Assembly: GCA_002633005.1 (NCBI GenBank) | Contig: NMRA01000918.1 | Span: 1-64,000, forward strand | DNA from: Phoronis australis | Taxonomy: Eukaryota; Animalia; Phoronida | Direction: 5' to 3' | DNA: 64,000 nt | Shown: positions 1 through 12,800 of the stretch, piece after piece | How positions within the stretch are numbered: the first letter of the stretch is position 1 | Layout: every line of letters begins with the position of its first letter | Notes under the pieces: generated by a model | What the model was told of the DNA's origin: nothing | The model's database searches: none | What the model saw: only the letters and a program-made list of their open reading frames with translations | Made by a program: the position numbers and the translations under genes

Positions 1-103
1 GCGTGTGTGTGTCTCTACATCTAGATCAGACTTAACAAATCCTTCATCAGTCGCATAAATTTACCACCTTCAATTAAAAGGTATAGCAACAGATAAAGGG
101 CCA

Positions 104-485
104 CAGTAGAGACGTGGCCCTCCCATAGGCCCTCTATACACTAGAAGCTTTTTTGGCAAATTATGCCTCAAACTGATTAAAACATCTAAGTCATGTTGCT
201 ATAAGTATCTTTTGCGCATAGAGGGATACCTTAGATGGCCGTTCGTGTCTTTAATTCCTTCCAGCTTGAACAAATACTACCGTAATCAAACTTTTTTCAA
301 ACAGTCCTTTGTATTTGTTTAAGTTGGATGGAATTAAAGACATCAACGACCTCCTAAAGGTGTCCCTCTATGCGCAAAGGGTACTAATAACAAGCGTGAC
401 TTTGAAGGTTTAATCACTGCGAGGCATAATTTATCAAAAAGCTTTCGGCATATAGAGGTCCATAGGAGGGCCACCGTATCTACTG
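104..485. mobile_element. Foldback/MITE with arms of about 175 bp (CAGTAGAGACG...CGTATCTACTG)
   Basis: Long imperfect inverted arms (e.g. TTTGCGCATAGAGGGA / TCCCTCTATGCGCAAA); flanking direct repeat CCA (or GCCAC); a deleted sister copy at ~19192-19409. Confidence 0.8.
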
Positions 486-1597
486 CCACTTGAGACAGTA
501 GTACTGTATAGTATTTGTGGAACCCTGACGCCGACCACTTCACAACTGTCCAGTCTGCACACCTCTTGCAGTATTTTGTATGGTAATTTCCCATTTATTT
601 CACACTAAAATAACTGCCAAAATTGTCGTTTTTCCATTTTAAAAGGATGATTACTTTAAAGCAAACAATAAAAAATTACCAAAAGTTGTTAAGACACCTA
701 CACAGTACAAAACCATGCTTGTAATAAACTAAATTTTTCTTAATCTATATTTTCGCAGAGAAATTTGACGAAATAAACTTTCACTTGTTGGCTACATTGT
801 TTGTTAAATGAAAGAAATCCCGTATCTCAATCTCTCAACCACAGCCATTTATTGCATATATCATTAGATAACACCATTCACTACACCAGTGTTGTTTAGC
901 ACATTTACCAACAGGATATCCACACTCACAGTCTATGTCAAAAAATACAACACTGATACAAACTGAAGAAAATTGAGATGAAAAAACGGCAATTTAAAAA
1001 CTGTAAAAAATAAATACATTCCATTTATGTCAGGGTGGCATGTTGTTTTTTTTTTCTAACCATTTGGATGTATTTCGGGAGCAAGTTTTCCAATTTAATA
1101 TAGGGGGTCTCGCTTTTGAGGTCCAAAATTCAATTTTTTGCCTATGTCATTTTAATAAGAATAAGTCATTTTAAATAATAAGCTGTTAATATTTATTCGG
1201 TTCTGTATCCTTGGAACGGAATAACGGTTGTTAACTACAAGTGCCGTGTACTCAACCAATTTTGCATTTCTAACCAGTTATATATTATTACGAATTATCA
1301 GTCGCTGCCAGACTCAGAGTTGAAACAGTTTCATGCATTTGTACATTTTGAGCAATGAAATGTATGTGCTGTTTACAACTACTACATAACTGTGTTTTTC
1401 TCATTCAACCTCTATTCAAGGAAGCGGTACTTTGTTAGCAGCGACATTCACCCCATTAAAAAACTATTTTTCTTACTTGACAAGGCAAGTAATTGAGAAC
1501 AACCCTCTAACAAAAAAGTGAGCGAACCTACACAAAAGACCAAGTCAAGCATGGCTATAAACCATGTCACTTAATGGAATGTCAGACACAGGCGAGG

Positions 1598-4500
1598 ATG
1601 GACGTTTGGTAAGTAGTTGACTTTTTTGGATTTTTGTTAAAAATAATAGCACAAAGGTTGTGCTATGAACAAACAATGAGAATAATATCGGGACTTGTTA
1701 GTTGACCTTGACAATGATGGAATAAAACCTGAATGTAAAAGGCCCATTTACAATACATAGCTTGTATAAGGAAATGACTTGTATCAAGATATTACCAGGT
1801 AACCTGTGTTCGTGCTACAGGCCTGAGGAGTGGTCTGGTCATAAGGTGAACAAAAGTTCACCATATTAGACTAGCATCAGGCACAACCAAGACAGATGAA
1901 ATAGGACACGTTCTACAGACAACTTTCCAGTATTGTGCGAGCACAAAAGCTCCTTTCCAATGACCCAATTTCTTATTTCCTTGTGCAAAAAGGGACTAGT
2001 TGATAGGGACAAAACACGATGTTTTCATTCGCAGAGAATGAGTTGAGGATCCCACTGCACAGCAGAGTTAATTTGAGTCACAAAATAAATTTAAAAGGAA
2101 GAATAAAAACTACAAACCACTGCATAGAATACAGACCACCAACTACCCTAACCTCATCTAGTGACAAGGCATGTTTCGTCATGTCACTGCTATATCGAAA
2201 AGTGGCTATTGATTCTAGCATTGAACTGTAATCATGCCACTTTCAGTTTGGGTTGTATGTATATTAAGGAATAGGGAAGAGGGATAATAGGTTCATCCCC
2301 TTCACAGTCACTAGAAGAAAAGTTGCATGTACAGGATATCACCAGGGTTCTTGCCCACAAGGTTAAAAGTGAGACAAATGGCTGTGATAGTGTCAACAAG
2401 TAGCATGGCAGAGCCCTTCACTTTTGACAGCATAGGCCTCCTCTAAATTTGCATATGGTATATGTAGATATGCGAGTTATGAGCCGACATGAATGCTATC
2501 CAAAAGACAGTGACGGGTAAATCGATGAATTTAATATCATCTTCAATCATCGAATCTCGTATTTTTTGGTGACCTGATAAATCGACACGCGTTCGCTGAT
2601 CAAAGTACAACTGAAAGTAAACAGACGCGAGTCGGAAATGTTGCGCAAAAAAACCGGCAGCGCCTGACCATGACGTATGCAGAAACAATGCCTATCGATC
2701 CTCTGCTTTTGGTTGGAACCGAACGAGGGTGAAACGTGTTTCTTATTAGCCAAATGGGAAACAAATAAGACGCCATAGTATCGCGCTGTCATTCCATTTT
2801 TTCCGAATTTTGGTGACCTCATGTCCTAGGTGGTGACCTCTGGAACTTTGGAAGGTCACATTTGGCGAGTTGGCATTATGCTAAACATGTTGAACATCAT
2901 ATTTATGATGATAAAATTTTCAAACAAATTTCTTACCATAAACAGCGACGTTATCACAAAAACCATTGAAAATGACCAAGTGAAAACTAAACAGTTGCTG
3001 AGTCCCAATGAAGTCCAACAGGTTACTGTCAACTTCCAATAGAACTCCACTCTGAGTTGGTTCAGCACAGTTTGCAAATATTTTATAAAATTGACAGCCA
3101 TGAGGCATCACCTCAGAGATGTGCAGGATGGCAAGATGCGGTCAGCCACCCACCAAACCGTATTATCATCAATCGACCAGACTGTGCACTAGATGTCCGA
3201 GTGTTGCCCTTTTGACATAATATTAGTGAACTCACTGCGCAGCTCACGTGCAGTATTTTCTCCGTCAAAGTTAAATAGTTATAACGCAATCACTGTGAGT
3301 AACATGCTAATACTTTAGCCATGAACAGTTGACGTTATACAGGACCCTAGAAAATGTCAAATTTGACTTATTTCGGAACATCATTTCTCAGAAATAGCTA
3401 TTGGATTCTTATGAAACTTTCAGATAATGTTTTCTGCTCTGCTCTCTAAAACACTACTAAGATTTGTTTTTAAGAGGTTCCACTTTTGCACGAACGGATA
3501 TCAAAAATAGGACTTTTGTGAATTTCATGAAAACAATCAGTTGTACAAAATTAAATATTTTAGAAAATCGAAGACCACATCTAGAAGAATTATATCACAT
3601 AAAATTTAATCATTTTATTGACACCGTTGTTTTTCAAGATCAACACACCATTTCTTTTTGCTAAATTTACTTTGGAAAAATGACATGATCATGTGATCCA
3701 ATTAACCGCAAATTAATGAAATGTAAAAAATCACATTCTACAGACTTTTTACATTCAGAAACTTACTTTTACCAAATTAAAATTTTTAGTTCTGTACAAA
3801 ATTATTGTTAAGACAATAATATCCTAAATACATTTAATAGTTATAGAAGTATAATTGGAGCTCTTTAAATTATTAAAAACAAAATGGCTTATAACCAACA
3901 TACATGAAATGACGTTTGAGCCACGGGAGCGGAATCACAAGAGTATATTTTAATTTTTCAGGTCGACAACGCTGTATCTGGTAACCATCTTGCCAGTGAC
4001 CGTTACGCTACGGTGTCCAACAGATGGCATTCTTACACCAGAATTCATCCAGTCAGAGTACAGTGTGGACACGACCTCACTTGACCTCACGCAGTGTGAG
4101 CCCCGAATAACAAAACTAGCAGATGGAGCGTTCAACAACGTCACGAGATTAAAAACACTGTTACTTAGTGGTAATGACATCGAGAGTATATCAAAGAACT
4201 TGTTTAATGTCCCCCTGGGGCTTGAAAGGCTAAACCTTCATAGTAATCGAATAACAAACATAATGGATAGTACTTTCGCTTTACTGAAGCAGTTGAAAGA
4301 GTTAACACTACACGATAATCAACTAGAGGCTCTTAGTAGTTTTGCTTTTGAAGGAATGATGTTCTTGACGAAGTTGAGCTTACAAAGAAACAGGATATCA
4401 GAAATCCAACCAGGTGCATTTGACTATTTACTCACTCTCAACTCTCTAACACTGCACAACAATAAACTAACGAGACTGCCTGGCAATCTGTTCCGCCGTC

Positions 4501-6440
4501 TAAACCAGTTGCAAGAGATAGAAATCTACTCAAACCGGCTACAGGCAATAGAGATCGAGGCTTTCAGAGGGCTGACCAAACTTGTTGTCATCTACGTTCA
4601 TTTCAATGAGATACGCACCATCGGTGACAAAGCGTTTGACGGCTGTACTAGCCTACAGATACTGGACTTGCACGACAATAAACTCGGCATGCTGGGAGAG
4701 CAAGCATTTGCTGGACTGAAAGGCGTGCGCAATGTGTACCTACAAGATAACGTGATCACATCCATCCCATCAAATGCTTTTCGAGACTCGTTCATCGCAA
4801 GCCTCAACCTTCAGAACAATAGAATTCAGACTATTCCAGCAGACGCAGGATGGGACAAGGTGTCTATGGTTCAGTTAAGAGGTAACCCGTTTCATTGTAA
4901 CTGTGAACTACAGTGGCTGAGAGACATCATTGCCACTTCCCAAGGCGGTAGGTTCAAGTCTGTCACCTGCGCCACGCCATTCGAGATGAAACTGATCAAC
5001 AGTAGTGCAAAGCTCTCCTGCCTAGTTCCACCTGAGGTGAAATTCGTCTATGCGTTCAATCCCATATGGCTTCAAATTGAAATCATGTGTAGGGCTAATG
5101 GCGATCCAGCACCAAGTCTTACAATGAAAACACCAAAGGGCAGTACATATACAGAATTGCCACACGGAAACAAGACAATCTATATCACTGAAGGGAGATG
5201 GAAATTTGGAGTCTACAAAATGTCATACGGAGAGTACATCTGTAATGCCTCTAACATTGTTGGTGTGCGAACAGCTAGCCTCACAATCAATTTTCCACCA
5301 GAATTGACAACAAAACCCAAACCAACAACAACTACAACACCAGCAACTACTACCACAACATCAACAACAACCGCAACACTAACCACAACAACAATAACAA
5401 CTGTAACACCAACTACAACTACACCACCAACAACAACACTAAGTACAACAACCACAAAACCGTCAAGTACCACAACACCAACAAATGCAACAACTATCAC
5501 AACAAGGATACCGTCACCAACAACAGTCACAACTCCAACTGTCACAACAGCAAACATCATAACACCAACAATCATGACAACACCACCAACAACAATTACC
5601 ACAACACAAATGTCTACCACAAAAGATACGACATTGACAATGATTTTCACAACCACACCACTAGAGCCAACACCCAAACAGACAATAACAAGATCAACTC
5701 AGCATTCAACCATTACTATTACAACAGCAATAAAGACAACTAGTCAGAAATCATCAACACAGCCAACAACGACACATACCACAATGAGACCTACAACCTC
5801 CACAACAACAAAGCCAACAACAACAAAGCCAATGACAACAACAAAGCCAACAATAAAATCAACAACAACAACAAATCCAACAACAACAACAACAACAACA
5901 ACAACAAAGCCAACAACAACAAAGCCAACAACAACAAAGCCAACCATGACCACAACAAAGCAGGCAACAACAAAGCCAACAACAACAAAGCCAACAACAA
6001 CAACAAATCCAACAATAAAGCCAACGACATTAACAAATCAAACAACAACAGTGGAGTCGACAAGTCAGCCTTTAACAAAGCCAACAGCACAGATAAGTGC
6101 AACATCAACTCAACTGACACCAACAAAGGAACCGCCAACAAGGCCACCTGGAGCTACAACATCAACTACGACCATAAACCTACCAACAAAAATACCCTCT
6201 CAAACAGTATCTTATGTGGAGCCCACAACACCCATAGCTACAGCTACGCCACCAACCCCTCAGGCCATAACCATGTCAACAGAAGGTACAGTGACGGTGG
6301 CGCTAGTGGTGGCCGTTGTTGCTCTTTTCATCGTTGTCTCAGCAGCCACATGCGTGATGGCGTATCGCAGACAAAATAGTTATGTCGTTGAAAGGGTAAA
6401 GGAAAAGCATAAAATGGACATGGGAAAGCTGTACTTGTAA
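1598..6440 (+). CDS. Type I membrane LRR-LRRCT-Ig-mucin stalk-TM receptor (about 829 aa), 2 coding exons
   Basis: join(1598-1608, 3962-6440). ATGGACGTTTG|gtaagt joined to ttttcag|G gives MDVWSTTLYLVTILPVTVTLRC (signal-peptide-like), in frame with the long ORF. It contains about 11 LxxLxLxxNxI/L repeats, an LRRCT (GNPFHCNCELQWL...VTCATP), an I-set-like Ig (CRANGDPAP...GEYICNASNIVG), about 330 aa of Thr/Pro-rich stalk, a TM (VTVALVVAVVALFIVVSAATCVMAY) and a tail of about 24 aa. An alternative in-frame ATG is at 1574. AATAAA at about 6577. Confidence 0.9.
3962..6440 (+). CDS. Main coding exon of the LRR-Ig-mucin-TM receptor
   Basis: Uninterrupted 2.48 kb ORF following a polypyrimidine tract and CAG acceptor ending at 3961. 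Confidence 0.95.
5310..6270 (+). repeat. ACA/ACC-rich coding low-complexity region (Thr-rich stalk, KPTTT repeats)
   Basis: (ACA)n runs and repeated AAGCCAACAACAACA units (KPTTT), most regular at 5810-6020. Confidence 0.9.
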
Positions 6441-6724
6441 CGCTGGATTAGTCTTTTATGTTTAATATTGAGTCATGACGCTTCAATTGTATGTTCGCAT
6501 TACTTTAGTATGTACTATATTTTGTATCGGATATGGTTGCTACTCCAACAAATACAGCGCGTACACTGAGTGGAGGAATAAAAAAATTGGGTCAAACTGC
6601 CAGTTATAAATAACTCACAATATCCATGCACTGCATTACTCTCAGCCATGATGCTACCACCAAACACCTTACACTACTGTTCTGGCTCAGTTAGATGCAT
6701 CAAGTGCCAGTTATAACTACTCAC

Positions 6725-6853
6725 CGTATCAATGCACTGTGTTACACCAACCATGATGCTACCACCAAACACCTTACTGTTCTTGCTCAATGCTTTCTTG
6801 GCTTGTAGTTTAGACTGGTACTGGACGTGCATCCAGTTGCCATCAGAGGACAC
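6725..6853 (-). CDS. NUP35: NUP35 exon 9 ([24 protein letters not shown]...QCIDT)
   Basis: cacag acceptor, gtgagt donor, C-terminal half of the RRM. Confidence 0.95.
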
Positions 6854-9800
6854 CTGTGATGGAAATTACCATACACTCATTGGTAGGTCGTGCCATGTGA
6901 CATGCAAATTACAATTGACTCATAGGTAGATTCATGTCACATGACATCAAATTACAATTGACTTGTGGACAAAGCCATTTTTCAATTAGATCATTGGTGA
7001 AGACATGTCATGTGATATGCAAATGACAACTACATCATTGGTGCAGAGATATCACGTCACATGTAAATATGGAGCAAACCCGTGACAGAAACTTCATGTA
7101 AAAAAGGCAAATTCTGGTAAAACCACCAAAGCATAACCACACGGCAAGCCAAGGTTAACAGAATTTGAACGAGAGATAAAACATCTATAAATCTTTGAAG
7201 ATAAAACAAAACAAAATCTTTCATAACTTTTCATGTGACAAGTGCAATCAGATTACACGTACGACAAGTGATGACCTTTCCTTATCGTATTTATTTACAT
7301 GAAGAACATGCTTTAGTGTTTGACTGCATTGACCACATAAAAACAATGCACTTCACAACCTGGCAAAAGCGATCACAAGAATGAACAAACTTGCTCTTGC
7401 TTTCATAATGAATCAGGAGAATTTGTACTTACAACGTTTTTTAGAATGTGACCGTATTGCGCAAACTGCTGAAGAATGTAAGATGTCGCTGCAGACGGGA
7501 ACCTGAAAATGAAATGGTGTGACGTTTACCTTCTAAATCAAGACACGGAAGTACAAAAGGTCAAGGACACTTGAGAAGCATTTGTAGCAAGAAATCTTCA
7601 CTAATGGAACGGAAGCAAAGAATTATATCTGACAATTGAACATTCCAACATCTCCAACCAAACATGTCAATGGCCACTATTTTTATTATAGGGTAAGCTA
7701 ATGCAGCCTCAAGCACACTCGCGAAACACCGGCCTTTCATTCGAGTGATTTCGTGTGGTTCTGTGTGATCTTGACTGTTTGTGAGTTGTTAGAGTCAAAT
7801 GAACGCACCCCTGAACAATGACTGAAGTTCGTTTGTATCCAGTCATTAAGTGGTTTCCTCAAACACGAGACTTACCCGAATATAGTAACCCACATTTCGT
7901 CCAATACTTCATCTGGAGAAATGGCCTCTCTAAAATGAACAAACAGCATCAATACACACGAGGATAGACGGAGACCAATACCTAATGCCTCATACACAAA
8001 CTTGTTGATGAGTTTCCAGCAGGTAGCTCCATTGGTTACATGAACATTTACCGTTATTTTGGATTTCAACAAGCGAGCTATAATTACCGTACCCATCCAA
8101 ACTAACAGTCATGTTCAGCTGTATAGCGGCCCCTGGGGGACAGTGACTGTGAACAAGCACATCACAAGAACTTCAAATCCCAAAACATATGCAACTTGCC
8201 CACCTAAGTTTAATGTACTGTCAATTTCAGGGGCGCTTGGTTAAAGCTGCGTGGGAAATATCCACTCTTTACTGAAGGAGATAAGAACCGATGAGCGAAT
8301 CCACCATTCGGGTATTTGCCCACCCTGACTTCTCAAAAATTTTGTCCTACTTCCTTAGTTTTGCAACGAAAGAACCCTCGGCATAAACCTGAATGAGTAA
8401 CACTGAAATCTCACCAATTTGTGAATGCACACAGTTCTTCAAAACATTTTCTGGCAGTTGCTGGGGTAAAGAACTTAACATAGTAAAGCAATAATTTGAT
8501 GCCATGTACCTCTCATGAAAAAATGCGAAGGGAAAATTTCACTTGTCTGCCATATAACAAGTGAAATTTTACATGTCGAATTCTGAAGAAAAATGACAGT
8601 TCAATGACTTTTTGCATTAAGTTTTTTACTCAGCGTCTGTTGTGAGCAGATGTCACCTCATAGCCAACCTTAAGATCTTTCTGACCAAACAACAGAGAGC
8701 ACAGTACACAGTATTTTATACATTAGTCAGGAGACACCTCAAACACTGCAACTTGATTATTTTAACAACCATTTGAAGAACCAGTTATTTTTATCCAAAG
8801 GTGATATTAAGTGAGGCAAGTAGTATGTGACATCAAGGAATTAAGATATTGTACCATGTTAACACAGAAGTGATTACTTAGTTGTGCTATTTAAGACACA
8901 CAAACATGCACTTAGACAAATTATGTGTCTTGTGCTCAAAGACATCAACAAATTAAGTTTTTCCCAGTGGAGAGCTCACCCTTGTGTGTAGAAAGGATCC
9001 AACTGAGTGGGTGATTGTTGATTGGGACCTCCTGCTAAGTAGACACCAGCATCCAGCTGAGATTTGTCTGTGAGAAAAAAGTATTCAGTTCAGAGAACTT
9101 CCCTGCACAGGGTATGCCTGCATTCAGGCTCAGGCGCCTATACCGAAAAGTAAGGAGCAAGACTATGGGCCAGCGCAGACGGAAAGCTTAACTCATGTTA
9201 TTCTTATCTGTGCACAGGTACGTAGAACGATCACTAACCTATGGACTGCAAAATTACCAACAAACAGCGTAAATGCAGTACACATGGTTACAATCAGAAA
9301 GCGAGAGAGACTTGTTGTTTGCCAGGTGATAATTGATTTTCATTAGCTACCGACTGTTATCGGATACGGCCGTAGATGCAAAAAAACAAAATTGCCCTAG
9401 GGCAAGCCAGCATAGTCGAAACCATACAAAAACCAACAACAGTCGGGGTCTTCGCATCAGGAACAGAACCATCAATTTTCGTAATGATCCTTGATTGGTT
9501 TGGCAGATTGAGAAGCAGTTGTCAAAAACAAACACAAACATTTTCAAATGGTCACCAGGTGGTGCAGAAAACATCAAGTCTGTCTGAAAATGGGAAGGCG
9601 TTGTCATCTCCTTAATAGAAATCTATTTTTCAAATTTCATGAAAATACATTAACGAACTAAAAAGATACAAAGGCAAACGTAAAAAAATTGCCAAAAGGG
9701 GGCAAAGTGCAAGTCAACGTCAGTCATGGCCTTCCAATCAGGAACACATCTGTAATTTTCATAATGATCCTTTGAATGGTATGGCACATACAGAAGCAGA

Positions 9801-12800
9801 CGTCAGAAAACAGACGCAAAAATAACAACAATGGCCACGAGGTGGGGTACAATCCATCAAATCCGTCGGAAAATGCAATGGCATCATTGCCTTCTTATTA
9901 AAAACCTATTTACCAAATTTCATGAAAATCCATCAAGGAACACCAAAGATACAGAGGCATATGTAAAAAAACTAAAATTGCCTCTAGGGGGCACAGCGGT
10001 ATTCCAGTCGGTCCAAAACTCGTCCTCATTCCGTGTGAGCATCGTAGGAACACAAGCACCAAATCTCATTACGATCCTGAAAGAGGTTTAGGAGATACAG
10101 CAGCAAATGCCGGACGCCGAGACAGAGATAACGGCAATACGCACCCACATATAAAAATGTTTCACAAATAAACTTAATGTATTAGGCAAATAATTACAAC
10201 AAACTTTTCTTCGATTCTATTTACACCACAAATTCGACCCAGAAATTACTTTGCACTGAAGTGTAAGCAAAGACAAACTGTGAATCATGCAACAAAAAAC
10301 AGAATCAGGAATAAACAATCCAAATCCTTCGCTTTCGCTTAAATTCCTAACTTTCTGGGTATCACGAGAGTGATGACGATGATGTTGACAATGATGGAAA
10401 GAGTACTAACTCAACCATAGTGATGGTAACTTATGACAACATGTAACAAATGTTTGCTTACTTGCTGGAGTGCCAGGGGTTGGAGAGGTGACTGAGAAAA
10501 GCCTACTGGATGCTTCAGACTGGAAAATTATTAACACAAAGTTTAACAGACATTGCAGTTGACAACATGTACAATAATGCAGGTTAAAAGAAACTGTGCT
10601 AAGTGCTTACCTAACCAAAAACAGTGAATTGTCCTGTCGTGTCGTGTTATGAAACGTCGCATGGCACATGCCTAAAAGGTTATCGTATTATTGTTGGTGT
10701 CAGCGCTTCGGTACAGTTTTTTGATACTGGTTTAAGAGACAGTCCAGTTGATAGTTGGTTAGCTCTTTCTATATAGTGTCCAGGGCAAGTACATTTCACA
10801 TTTATGCAAGTGAGGCCTGGTAATCAGTTACCTAGCTGGGCATGTGAGCACAGAAACTAAAAGTTTACAAATCATCCCTTGCCAGTCTACCTCGACCAGG
10901 ATATTAGTTGTTGTGCATGTATCTAATTTTGAACATTTATTGTGCCACATTTATTGGTGTAAATATCTAGTGCGTAATTTCCTTTACATGTTTTAGTTTC
11001 CTGAGTTTTTATGTGCTATATTTTGAGTTGTAGTGACAAATGTTGATTTAAAGACCGTAACTTTTTACAGTAAACTTTGGTTGTAACAATAACGGAATAA
11101 ACGTGGAATACAAATGACGAGTATTCTGTGATGACATGGCCACAAAAGTTTTGATGCTCTTGTTGGAAATAGAATACTATCACGATGAGGATTATTATGA
11201 GACGGATTTTATGAGCTTAGTCGGCATAAACCCTGAGCAACTGTGAAAAAGAAATAAATTTTGACTTGGGCCACCAACCGTTATACGGTAAGACCTGAAA
11301 TTTTATGAACTTGGTCAGAAGAAATAATGAACTGTCAGTTCTTTGCAAGACCAGGGATCGTCTCCACTCCAAGTATGGAGCATTAGTACCAGATTTATAG
11401 CGGTAAGTGGTTTAAATAAATATTATTTTGTTTTTTTTTTTTGCAGCTAAATACTAAGGACAATGCTGTTTTAATGAGTACAGATCCCTACAACCCCAGA
11501 AATTACTTTTGAAATGAGGTGCAACCTCAGATATCGAAAATCACCAAGTTTCTTGATTGATATCAGATAATAAATAATAAATAATTATCACTGGTTTTGT
11601 GTCAACACAAAATTCGTGTTTTAAGTGCCAAGGTAGCTTCAAAGCTACGATGACAAAAAATGGGTTAAACGTATGAAATAGTAGTCAGTCACACCACTCA
11701 CACAATAATTTTACTTCCAGTTCCAACCACATCTAAATAATTAAGCGTTACTGTAGAAAATTAACACCTGAACTCAATTTTTAGGCAATTAGGTTAAAGT
11801 TACAATTACCAGTAATCCGTCGGGTGTTCCAGCAAAAGAATTACGTTCTGCTGGACTCGCTATATGATTAAACAAAGATTGGACAGGTGGCGCTACAGTT
11901 TTATCTTTGGCACGACCACCAGCAAGATCCCTGAAAGGAAAGAAAATAAAACCATTAGACTTGCGCAAATACTGCAGCAGGCAAATTTCCCCAAGACTAG
12001 GATGGGCGTAATAGCATGTTTTATTGAATTAGAAGCACACTCCGAAATTGTGCTTTGACTGATTTTAATAATACAAAGAAGACATTATTCAAGTAATATT
12101 GATAAAGGATATTGAGCTTTACTTAGCTAAACATAGATAACATACTATCAACTTGATTCCTAGGCAGCGCTGCTTTCTCTAAACAGTTATCTTGTAAATC
12201 AAGAAGAATGCTTCAAACTAATTGTTACAAAAGACTGCAATATACTTCACATTATCGTATTATCGCTAAGGCGAGATCAGCAGAGAACAGCAACATAATT
12301 AGCGCATACTGTAATTCTTCACTTTTTTACCGCACTCATGTCACTTCGTACATCTAAAATTATTCGCACAAATAGTTTGCTTCTCACGTATTTCACAAGA
12401 GGCTTCTTCGTGGAAATGTCCTGCCTCACTTAATTTGAATACAGTCAATTTTGAATACACCAACGCAAAGACGTCATTAATTCTAATACACACCTCCTTA
12501 AATGTGTTAATAAGGGCTGAACATATATTCACCACTTAAATCACCAATTCATATTGGTTATCTCATGCTGTTGTAAACATGACGAAGAGTGTCCTGTCCT
12601 TGAAGAGTGTCCTGTCACTAAGAGTCAAAAGAGTGCTTCACTAATAATCATGTAAAGAATTCTGTTATTGGAACAGCATAAATTAAATTCCTGTTAACTG
12701 GATCACATGGACAACCCATAGGCCACATTTTGTAAAATTTACACACTGGCAGTTGGCAATGCTTGGCTACGCAGTTAATTTCGGACACCCGTCAACTAGG

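Noticed and set aside
1790-1910. Possible NUP35 terminal exon on the minus strand (RPLLRPVARTQVTW*)
   Set aside because: Does not match the recalled NUP35 C-terminus, and the nearest phase-0 acceptor runs into a stop codon.
5213-6147. Val-rich and Leu-rich minus-strand ORFs (5213-5677, 5744-5953, 5791-6147)
   Set aside because: Antisense shadows of the ACA-repeat Thr stalk; (TGT)n lacks stop codons.
7700-9240. Intronic snoRNAs in NUP35 introns
   Set aside because: I found no convincing box C/D with terminal stem or H/ACA layout by eye; an Rfam/Infernal scan would be needed.
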